DNA of 54,162 nt, counting the filler, from Catajapyx aquilonaris (lineage: Eukaryota): the NCBI GenBank assembly GCA_000934665.2. It is 2 parts of 2 records of this genome, joined end to end, with 100 filler letters (N's around TTAATTAATTAA, not from the genome) between each part and the next. Parts side by side here need not be neighbours in the genome. Positions count along the whole stretch, not along the records: positions 1 to 27,062 come from JYFJ02005125.1; 1 more part is not named here. One strand, 5' to 3'. The notes beneath the pieces are model-generated. The model saw nothing but the letters and a program-made list of their open reading frames with translations, did not search any database and was not told where the DNA came from. Made by a program: the position numbers and the translations under genes. The number at the start of each line of letters is the position of its first letter. The stretch's first letter is position 1. Shown one piece after another: positions 1-11,600 of this stretch.

Positions 1-137
1 GATAATCTTAATGGAAACTTTTTATCACATCCTGTGTATAACCCCACCACTCCATTTTTTGGGGGTGTCCCAATATTTTCAGATCAGGGCAAGTAGTTCA
101 TGACTCAATATTCTTATGCACAAGATATATGACACTA

Positions 138-631
138 GGGTTATTCACACGTGCCACAAAATCTTGATCTTCAACCATGATTCTGAGGGGCAAAATCAGG
201 ATCGTTTGGTGACTATTCACACGAGCCACGTACTTTTCGTGATTTTCGGTAGATGGCTCTGGAAACACGCCCTCCTGCCTGGCGAGAAAATGACTCTCGC
301 TCTGGCTCACGGCCAAAGGGATGGGTGACTCTACAATAGGCCTGGTTCTAATAGCATGGAGGCATGCTATCTATGATATTGCACAGGTCCTGGCTGCCCA
401 CAGAGTGAGGGGGAAGACGGGGCCAAGCAGAGAGCCACCATGTTGCTTGGCTAAGAACCTGTCAGGAGGGGGGAGTGACGTCAGGATCGTGACTCAGAAC
501 CGGGCAGTTAACTTCTACAAGCTGGCTGCCCCAGTCAGCCTCGTAAACGCGTTCGGGTGAAGGAAGGGAACACCCTAATCACGATTTTCGGACGGAATAA
601 TCATGATCCATGTGGCACGTGTGAATGGCCC
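138..631. mobile_element. PIF/Harbinger-like MITE
   Basis: TIR GGGTTATTCACACGTGCCACA (138-158) vs TGTGGCACGTGTGAATGGCCC (611-631); TA on both flanks. Confidence 0.7.
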
Positions 632-1279
632 TACAGTCTCCTAGACAAGTGTCACCTTGAATAACAAATGACACAGCTAGAGCTGAGGTACAGTGGACCT
701 AACTATGCAATTTCTAACTTTCAAAGGACCATAAGTGGCAATGAGAATGTGCAGGAATTAATTTAATTTTACTGATTTTTCATGCATTGAGCAGCATGCT
801 GGTGAAGTGAGAGGTGATGGGGTTTTTGAAAATTACTATCTGGTGGATATAATGGCACACCAGTATGGAGCAGGGTTTTGCCTACATTTTTCTTACAAAT
901 ACGTCAAGTAAAAATTACATTTTCTTCTGAGAAGGGGCAAAATCAGAGGAATAGAGCCTTGTCCAAAAGTCAAAGGCCATTTGGAAGGCCTCTCATTTCC
1001 TGCAAATCACTTCAGAAAATAATAATAATAAAAAAACATCTTCATTTGATTCCTCACGTGGAAAATTGCGTTTAGTTCAAAAATTTTGAGAAAAATCAAG
1101 TAAAAAAAATTAATTAGGCACCGATGCGTAGTTGCAGCTAAGACTGCATTCCAAGACTGATTCACTCTCCAGAGGGTTCTTGCTTTCCGCAGGGGAGAGC
1201 TTGTCAGTAGTGATTCACGAACAGTTATTCTAAAATAAAGCCATCCCTCCCGCGACTTCAAAACATAAAGAAATAACTC

Positions 1280-1450
1280 GGGCCAAGGTGGTCTAGTGGC
1301 TATACTATTGGCCAGCCAAGCGGGAGGTCCGGGGTTCAAATCTCATCCCTGTCACCTTCGCTTGGTCAGGTCTCTTTCCTCTTTTCACCTGACATGTCCG
1401 GGCACTCCCTTCTCTGCCCAGGGTCAAGAAAAAAGGTCTGGTATTTACAA
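1280..1450 (+). mobile_element. tRNA-Gly-like SINE head / tRNA pseudogene
   Basis: A box TGGTCTAGTGG, B box GGTTCAAATC; GCCAAGCGGGAGGTCCGGGGTTC resembles tRNA-Gly(GCC); acceptor stem is poor. 3' extent approximate. Confidence 0.6.
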
Positions 1451-1554
1451 GGGTCAGAAATGACTAGAAACTATTTCAGAGTGCCCTCCCTTGGGAACCT
1501 CCCCCCCACCCTCTCCTAAAGGGCCCCTGGGCTATCATGGGGTATTACAATATA

Positions 1555-2087
1555 CAGGGTGTTTCCGAGCTATCTTTCGAAACTCCTAGGGGTAATAGAG
1601 GGGACCAAGACAAACATATTTCATATAGGAACCTGTGTCTGGAAACGCCATCTAGAGAGGGTTCATAGACGAGGAACAGGTGCGCTCAGACGCATCACGC
1701 AGAAGGCGCTAGGCGAGCGGACTGTTTCGTTGATAGATGGCGCTCGGATAGTAAACACCAATCCGATGTGCCATAACCTGGCAACAGCAGAGCCATCTAC
1801 CAACTAAAGTCTGCCTCCCAGGAGACACGCGGAGAGTAAACGGTACTGTTGTTGCCAGGTTGTGGCATATCGCGTCGTTGTTTGCTTACAACAAAGCGAT
1901 ATGCCATAACCTGGCAACAACTGCGCATCATCTATCAACAAAACAGTCCGCTCGCCTAGCGCCTCCTGCGTGAAGAGTCTGAGCGCACCCGTTCTTGTCT
2001 ATGAACCCCCTCCAGATGGCGTTTCGGGACACAGGTTCCTATGTCAAAAATACTCGTCTTGGCCCCCTCTATTACCCCTACAAGTTT
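1555..2087. mobile_element. Tc1/mariner-type foldback MITE, right end truncated
   Basis: TA-CAGGGTG start; arm 1577-1743 is inverted at 1924-2087; internal CCATAACCTGGCAACA inverted repeats. Confidence 0.8.
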
Positions 2088-2319
2088 GTCCCCCAATTTT
2101 CGGGATAGCAGGAGATAAAGGGTTAACTGCACCTATGACCACCAGGTAACTTGTGGTATTAAAATCCATATTCATTTGGCCCTAATGCACCAAATGCATT
2201 CACTAATCATGCCAACCACACCCATTATGCAAAGCATGCTTATGTGCAAAACTGAACATAAGGCCAAGAGGAGATGAAGACGTAAAGAGAGTGAAGCACA
2301 AATAGGTTTTGCAGGGGAT

Positions 2320-2648
2320 TTAGCTTTCACCTGGTGGAGGGGGGCCACACCCACTCCGTCCAGATACACCAAGGCCACCCTGTGGCCTAGAAGAGATAGG
2401 CAGCCCAACACCAACTATACCAGATGATCGGACACCCCGGGGCGGCACTGGAGGAGGCACTCGAGGCCTCTGCGCCACCAGGTTGGGAGGACGACCTTTC
2501 AGCACAGCCGGGAAGACAGGGGCTTTCAAGGGAGGAGCAGGATTTGCTACAGGTTTGGCAGCTGGTGGAGATAATGGTGGTGGAGATGTAGGATCAGATG
2601 GAGGTGAAGGAGGTGGAGATTTAGAGGTAGGAGCAGCTGTGGGACTGC
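2320..2648 (-). CDS. PIP5K1: PIP5K1 proline-rich C-tail exon ([14 protein letters not shown]...[27 protein letters not shown]...)
   Basis: aattgcag acceptor in phase 1, in frame with ORF 2320..2529; PAVLKGR and VPPPVPPRG motifs. 3' end ambiguous: TAA at 2320-2322, or donors after 2421 or 2331. Confidence 0.8.
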
Positions 2649-5600
2649 CTGCAATTGTGGGGAATGGGTCAGGATGACAAGAGGTTCAGAAAGATCGAGG
2701 TCATTCAAGAAATGAGGTGCAATTCATACCAGAATGCTGTATCCCATAAATGGTATAAAACAACGCACACGGGTTATTCTGAAAGTAAGTTTCACAAAGC
2801 GATTATTTCCTAAAGTATTTTACATATGTGGAAATATTTACTGTCAGCAGTTAGAGTACATTATTCTGCATGGGTGAGCCTCACATGGTCTCCGATGTGC
2901 AATACGCGCCATGTGCAGGAGTTAGCAGAAGCAAGCAACTTTTACGGGGAGCATACCAGCTCCATATGCGGCTGAGTCAAAAGAGGTTGAAGATGAAGCA
3001 CAGGCAGTCATCGTCCAGACAACTACATTGACAATGACCCGCAGCTAATGGAATCGAGCAGCGGCCTGGAAGGACAATCGACAACTAAGGTGAACGTCGA
3101 ACATGTGGATGCCACAATTTGTGCTGACGGACAGGTCACTGTCTGGTCACAGTTGTCTGGACAATGACATGGAACTAGCTGATACCCACCCACACTACAG
3201 CTTATGTCCATGTCTTTTCACTCGAGCACTCCTGGAGCAGGCACACTCCCCGTAAGTCGCTTGCTTCCACTTATTCCTGCGCATGTATGTGGTGCACGTG
3301 GGAGACCATGTGAGGCTCACACATACAGAATAATGTCTCCAACTGCTGACAGTAAAAATTTCCCCATATGTACAATACTTATGGAAATAATCACTACGCA
3401 AAACTTATTTTCGGAACAACCCTCATATGACATGTTTCTGGAAAGTACATGATACAGTGCTGGACAAATTAGCCGTCGCTGAATGTTTTTTTCCGGTGGC
3501 GGCCGCGTTACCTGGCAACCCTGTCCGGCGGGCCAATTCAAACATCAGCCCATGGAGAGCGCTTCTATTGTTGCCACTGTTTACAAATCGAGGGAGTGAC
3601 GCGGACAACCCAGCGACGGGTCTCTTCTGCCTGCTTACACAGTATCTGCAGGGATATGCAGGAGAAAACGGGGAAAATAATGATGTTAGAAGCAATGTCA
3701 TTTTGGGGTCACTCACTCGATTTGTAAACAGTGGCAACAATGGAAGCGCTCTCTATGGCTGATGTTTGAATTGGCCCGCTGGACAGGGTTGCCAGGTAAC
3801 GCCGCCGCCGCCGAAAAAAAAAAAAAAAACATTAAGCGATGGCTAATATGTCCAGCACTGTACTTTCTGCTTGTGCATTTATCATTGGTACTGCACATGT
3901 AGAAGGAATTCCAAGGCATGACTTTTGTCACAACCTTGCTTGATTTTCATCAAAATCTGTATTTTGAAGCACCCATGTGTTGCGAGTTTGTTTGTCCCTA
4001 CCATGTGATGTTGTGTAGTACAGTGTGCAACAATACGCATTTTCATGCATTTTACACCATTAGACTTTGGGTTGAGGCTCATAACTCCCAGAAGAGTCAT
4101 GTCAATCTAAAATGCAACAGCTCTTGAAATGGGGTTTACAATGTACAGTGCTGGACAAATTAGCCGTCGCTGAATGTTTTTTTTCGGCGGCGACGGCGGC
4201 GGTGTTACCTGGCAACCCCATCTGGCGGGCCAATTCAAACATCAGCCCATGGAGAGTGCTTCGATTGTTGCCACTGTTTACAAATCGAGTGAGTGACGCG
4301 GACGACCCAGCGACGGGTCTCTTCTGCCTGCTTATACAGTATCTGCAGGGATATGCAGGAGAAAAGGGGGAAAATAATGATGTTAGAAGCAATAAGTCAT
4401 TTTGGGGTCACTCACTCGGTTTGTAAACAGTGGCAACAATGGAAGCGCTCTCCATGGGCTGATGTTTGAATTGGCCCGCCGGACAGAGTTGCCAGGTAAC
4501 GCCGCCGCCACCGCCGCCGGAAAAAAACATTCAGCGACGGCTAATATGTCCAGCACTGTATGCAACAATAGTACAAGGGGCATTCATAAAGTACGTACCT
4601 TTGGGTTGAAGGAAAACGGAGAAATGGTTCAAATTGCACACATGTATTAGTCCTTCTCTCTATATGACGAACCCTGCAGAGCCCCACATTTTTCGCACCC
4701 ATGCATTGAGTTTTGACCACTTCCACAAACTGGGAAAAATTCTCCAAAAATTCAGCTCTTTGCTAATTTTCGCGAATTTCCCTCTCCCCATGGTATTGCA
4801 CAATATGGATGAAACTTGGCATGCAGCATTATGGCATAAATGTGCACAGTGTGATTTCCTTCAGCAAAATCCGAGATGGTCTCGCAACCTTTCAGCCCAC
4901 TTGATTTGGAATGACCCCAATATGTTGAGGATTTTGGTTTTTTGACTGCCCCAAAGTCAAAGACAAACCTCAGGCAAAATGAATGGTCATTATGAGTTAC
5001 GAGTGACCTAAGGAACATGAAAATGGCAATGAATTCCCACAGACTGGGTGTAATATGACTCAATAATAGTCAAGATAAGGTACAAATCATCATGATAGAA
5101 AGAGGTACTATATTGTCATACTACCAAAAGAAAAAGTCACACCTGCACATTGAAATAACGTCATTTGGGCCAGGTAACTTGAAGGGAAAAGAAAGACCTT
5201 ATCACTTGTGCAGGTAATACACTTTCAGTAGGATGGCAGCATAGTACAGTGCTGGCCATATATCGAGGCAACCACCAGCGACATTTTTCCGAAGTGGCAG
5301 AAGAAGGAATCTTGCTCGCCCGGCTTGTAGCATGCTTATCTTCGATTCCTTCTTCTGCCGCTTCGGAAAAATGTGGCTGGCGGTTGCCTCGATATATGGC
5401 CAGCACTGTACTGAGTACAAGGCAAAGAAAATTTGGGAGCAACAATGTGCTACAGAAGTCCTTCCATACTATGAAAACATCATTGATGTGTATTAGTGTT
5501 CCCTAACACTAATACACATCAATGATGTTTTCCTCTAATTAAAGAATTTTTTTCTTGTGCTTTTGCATCTGGTTAGTGCTCTTCTACCACATTCCACTTA

Positions 5601-8600
5601 CAAGATACGAACAGTAGTTGAATGTGTTTCCAAGGCTTTGGAAACTTAATATAACACGGTTTTAAGCAATTTTGTGCACATATAATCATTTCGTCTTGTG
5701 GAATGAAACTTAATGTCGCCAGGTACAGTGGTGGATATTAATAGAGAAGCACAAGTATTGCCGCCTGGCAGAGCTCTGCCACGTGGCAATACTTGTGCGT
5801 CTCCATTAATTTCCACCAATGTAAAATGCATTCAAAAATATGAAGTATTTTAATTATTCAAATCACTCCTTTGGAATGAGATACTTTGTAAATGAGACAC
5901 AATGACTATTATTTTCCTTTGGACTTACATAGAATACTTATGTTCACTTATGTAAAAATTCCTTGACTTCTGTGGCAACTCCCTCAAGAATTCAGCCTCT
6001 CTTCATTGAACGACCTCTTAAGACACTTATGCATACAACACCAATTACAATTGTACTACACTGAAACCAAGCCTCGTTAATTTATTACAACCGGGTAAAT
6101 TACCTATTATTGTTATCACCACCTGGCGCATGTGAAGAAAGACAGTATGAAGCAAGGAGCACATTATAGGAAGCAGAAGTTTTCTGCACAATTATGATAC
6201 TTACACCCATAGATTCATACACCCACACATGCACACTGACACACCCATTGTTACAAAAAGTACCTGTGGCAGCAGCAGGTGGAAGAGAGACAGTTCCTTC
6301 AGATTCTATTCGGTCACCATCTGAATGAGTGGGCTGCTTTGTCCGGACGACCGACTTCCGTTTGGATGGCGAATGCTTCAGGGCTAGAGAAGAAGAAAAG
6401 TAAGAACATGTTTATGATCTGGCTGAGAGTGGTGGCTCTAATACATCAATTTTTAGAAAGCCCTGTGTGAGACACAAAAAAAGCACTTCTATGTAATGAA
6501 AAATAATTCTAAATGCATACTTAGATCATCAAACGAGTAGAAACTGTATTCACTGACCAAAAGTCTCCTCTTAGGTCAATGTTAATACATCTGGTGACAG
6601 ATGTGTGCTACAATATTGTTCATAAATGTGAGTATCTAGACAGAGTGTTCCAAAAGCAAAAATGAAGACGTGGGCAAGATGCATACTTTCACAAAGTCAG
6701 TGTAAAGAGGTAAAAATAATGCTGATAGGTGGCACAGTGCATGAGATTAAGGATTGAGTTTGTGCCCTCCAACAGAGAACTGCACGTGTGATTTGGCAGT
6801 CCGTAACCAGCATTCAAGAGAGGTCCAAGACACAGCAATGTTTGGTCACCTACTTCCAGAAATGCTTGCTAGTAGAAAGCAACAATGGCCCATATACACA
6901 GCTGCTTCTCTCTCCTTGAAAATCTGTACGCACTTGGTAGAACACATGTTGCCAAGACAAATAGCATGCAATAATTATTCGAACAATCATGCAGTTGCAC
7001 TCAAGTCTCACACTCTTATATGTAGCATGCACTGAAGCAGTCCAAAGAGAAAGGAAGAGCAACACTGAAAGGGCCAAAGCAAAATTCTCCATACCCATAC
7101 CTATGTAGCTGGATACCAGGGTGCGAAATTTGCGATGGTTGCCCTTGATTTCAGGCAGATCCACTATTTTTATGGGGGAGGGGCACAGAGAAAAGAGAGA
7201 GACAGAGCAGTACAATGGAAGATTCTGTTAGTTATTGCTATCCTTTTTCCTACTGTTGCCTGGCTTTTCCTTGCAAGGAAGGCAAGGGACAAAAAGGCGA
7301 CCCCCAACAGGCAGAAGGACAGAAGCAATACAGTGGAATGACCAGCCGTACGACATTAATCCATATTTAACTCCATGAAAACCACATAGAAACAATTAAG
7401 GCATTACTAATATCACATTGGACTTGAATTTGCTCTGCAGTGATTAACCAGCCCAGTTGCATAGAAAACTACAGTCCAAAAGTCCATTGAGGTTATTGGT
7501 CAGATATTTGCCCAAATAAGCTGAGTTACAAAAACCTGCATGCACACAAAGTTACTGCAATCATCTCGTACGATAACAGATGCAAAAGGGAGCTAGAAAA
7601 TTGTCATCTGGAAAACTTTGTACACGTTTTCATGTCACAAATCACCCCCACTATCTTTCCACGAGCATCTTACGTCAATTTTGAAATCTGAAGGAGAAAA
7701 ATGGCATACCATAATATCTTTAAATTTAATTTCACTTCACTTCCCTTCCTGCCAAATGATGAGTCCAGTTTCAAAATTGATACCTACTACTACAAAACAG
7801 GTTGATCCCATTTAATCCAAACACTAATGTAACTAGATAATGTATGTTGTATGGCCTTGTTGCCATGAGTTGGTCAGAAATGCTTCAGCTCTTGGGCCTT
7901 TGCACTATAATCATATGCATTCAAGTTTATATTTCAGAGAGTGTGCATATGTGTGTTTACAAATCCAAGCCAAGCATGTGACACATATTGAAACTGAACT
8001 CTTCAAATACTGTAAACATGTGAATATACAGGGGTTGGACAAAATAATAGGGCCCCCTGCAAAAAGCGGTTGAAAGAGTCTGTTTCATTCGAAAACCAGA
8101 TAAGTTGCAAATGTGCCTTTTACTGGGCTTTGAAGCTCTGTCAATGTATACAGGGTGTTCATGAAAAACACAGACAAACTGATAACCAGTGGCCAATGGT
8201 AACGTGAGGGTCATTTTATGTAGAGGAGTCATTATGTCTACACCGCCTCATTACTGAGATAATTGACTCGTTGCTGATTAGCGATTTTTGCCTAATCGCT
8301 CCTTCTGACTTTTAAATAGAATTTACAGGTGTAACTAGCCATAGAGGCCTTACCACCTGTGGGCAACAAACCAACAAAGTCCGGCCCCCAGACCTTCCAG
8401 ACCCTTCTGACTGGGGAAGGGTTCGTTGCGTGGCCTAACTTCCAGCATATTTTATACTACCTGTTTGAAGGCAATTTGCGCGGTAATGAGGCGGCCCAGG
8501 AATAATCACTCATCTACATAATGTGATCGTCTGGTCCCTAGGTCGGGGGTGATATAGGTGTGTAGGTGTTTTTCATGAACACCCTGTATATGTCGAGGTA

Positions 8601-11600
8601 CAGTATGCAGATGATGAAAAAATCACGAGGGGGGAGAGATACACAAGACGAATGACACCCCTAGGCCCCATTTTTGACCAAAGCGTCCCACCCTTTTCAT
8701 TTGAAAACTAAAACAGTTACATATATAAACTTTACTGGGGTTTGAAGCTCTATTGATGTCACAATGTGGTATACAAATGGCTCAAAAATCAATTACTCTT
8801 GCCAACCCACTGTATACTCATCCTATTCTTTAAATCAGTGCCGGGGAGGGGGCTGGCCATTTCTCTCTTTTTTCCCCCCTGCCCCCGCACGTGATTATTG
8901 GTCCATCTGTATACCACACAAAGTGACATCGATCGAGCTTCAAAACCCAGTAAAGTTCATATCTGTAACTGTTTTCATTTTCAAATGAAAAGGGTGGGAC
9001 ACTTTGGTCAAAAATGGGGCATTTGGGGAGGGGGGGTCTTTTGTTTCTCTCCCCCTCTTGTGACTTTTTCATCATCTGCATGCCTCAACAAATGTACATC
9101 GACAGAGCGTCAAAACCCAGTAAAAGTCATCTTCATAACTCTTACAGTTTTCAAATAAAACAGACGCAAAGTTTTAACCGCTTTTTGCAGGGGGCCCTAT
9201 TGCAACCTGCAAGCAGTATCACAGTATCTTAGGTATTAAAAGTATACTAAGGACTGATTGTGTGATCAATAGTAAATCCATAACAATTTGATCTCAATCT
9301 ACTGTCTGATCTACTAAGGACCAGGGGCACCAAACTCAGTAAAACTAATCTGGCCAGATTGCACGTGTTATTAACTGTAAACAGTTCATAACAAGTGCAT
9401 TCTGGCCAATAATTAAGAACAAATGCAATCAGGACGCTATGTTTTACAAAGTTCAGTGCTCCTGGCTCTGTGTCAAGTAGATTCACAGTTAGTTTTTGTA
9501 CACCTTCGAAGCACCAGTGTGACTGTCCAGAACAGTGGTTTTGGACTCTGATGCAAGTTAGCACAGTGTATGATGTGCCTGCATCTGGCCTTTTGGAATT
9601 AATTTAAGAAACTTTTTTGGAAAAAAGGACTACATTTTAAAATTTGAAGGACTGCAAATTGGCAGCATGTCAGTAACAACTTGGCTCATCACTGCATATG
9701 TGCCGCATTCATGTGTAAATCTTGGAGGCACAAGCAATACTGCAAAAGTTGAACATTCATGCACCACTCTGGTCGTCCTCTCACCTTCAAGTCAGACTCT
9801 GATGTCACAAACATGCATGGCATGTGCAAGTATATGAGGTGAGTGCTTCTTTCAGACTGATAATCAACAAGCAACAACTTGTTTTCTGTACAATGCATCA
9901 AAGTCTCGCATCTATAAGCTCCATCTGATAATGCCAGATTTCATAGATCGCCAGATTTATTATTGATCATGGAACCAGCTGTAAGTCACCAAAAATGCTC
10001 TTAATATCAACGCCTACAAATACTGCTCCATATAATAGGACTTTCTAGTGATATCAATAAAATTAATCTACCTGAGATAAATTCTGCCAATTGGATTCAA
10101 TCAATATGTGTGTCTCATTCTGAGATCACCGCCAAAATATAAAGTATGCTTGTCTGTGTGTGCACAATGAATTTGAAGAAAAATTGGACTGCGATTATAA
10201 GAGTAAATAAGCAGCTTCCACGAAACGTGTTACCATTAAACAACTAAAAACATTTTCTTGCGGTAATGACACATTGGCATGCTAACACTCACCCTATACA
10301 CACCTTGATCGTAGCATGTGGTGTATTTCATAAGCCAGAAAGGCAAGAACCAATTTTGCCTCAATGAATTCTTTGTAGTATTTTTTCCTTCCAAACCTCA
10401 CAAGTGGACTGCAGTAAACAGTATGCCCATACCACAAAGATCTAATGCAAGCAGCATCAGTGGGCCTAGTAATTTTCACATGGGCCTTGTTGCAAGAAAA
10501 ATTCGAAGCCAAGTTACCTTAAACAAACCTTTCTTGATTTCAATGGAGTTTAAATTAGAAGTAGTTCCAGTAAGGGGGCAATATCTTTCCCATTTGATGT
10601 TGGAGGTCTCAACTCACAGCTTTGCAACATGCAAACTGTTAAGATCAGTATGTTAATCAGCCAAGTTATTCACTTTGTTTTTCATAATTATGACAGAGAC
10701 CATTTACAGATAATACCCCCAACCCCTGTTACTAGAGCAAGTTAAAGGAACACTTACGAGATGGTATCCTCTTGAAAACCGTCTTAGCCATAAATTCTTG
10801 AAAACGCAAGGCATAAAATCCTGGTCTATGAACAGATATGCTGTCTCCATCATGAATCATTGCTTTCCATGTGTGCTCTAGCTTCTTTTTCAAACGATAA
10901 CTCTGCAGAATGTCAATTACGCCAAGAAAAAGGAGGAGTCGCTCGCCCTTTGCACTCCGAGCAGGAATCCCGCCCGCGCTGCAAGATCAATTCCTCTATT
11001 GAATAACCACCTGGTGACACAAAGAAAAGAGCTTACGGAACATCATCCTCTTCATCAATTGGCTCACTCTCAGCCTGGATGCTTTCAAGGGCCGTTGAAT
11101 GGGCAACTAGCCGCTGCCTGTTGATGGAGCGACTTCTGTTTAGTCCAGTAGCACCCCCAGCTGAACCCTCTCCATATGCTGCCCCATCATCATCTACTTC
11201 CTCCTCCAGAACTCTTTCTGCCTTCTCTTTCCCTGCCAGATCAAGGTTGTAGATTCCTACTAAGAGACTGTAGTCCATAATCTTGAAGCTCTCCAAAACC
11301 TGTAAAGTGTTGAATGATTATACATAATGTAAAGCCAGACATGTACACTGTTCCAAGCTGCCTACCCTACAATCCCTTTGAATAGTCTTCACTAGTGCTT
11401 GGAATGTCTCAGGTTCCAGTAACAGCCCTTCTGGGTGGTGTTCCATGAAATCAAGATCCTTAAATGTTGGGGACTGCTTCTGACGTTCAGCTTTTGATGC
11501 TTTTCGTTTGTAAGTGGATCCCTTGAGGTCATACTTTTGATGCATACGTACAAACGAGGGGAGCAGGTTGTTCATAACAACCAGGCGCACATTTTTCGAG

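Noticed and set aside
3023..3280. Possible alternative terminal PIP5K1 exon ([19 protein letters not shown]) and Cys-rich ORF 3023-3211
   Set aside because: Weak acceptor and no recognisable homology; compatible with chance.
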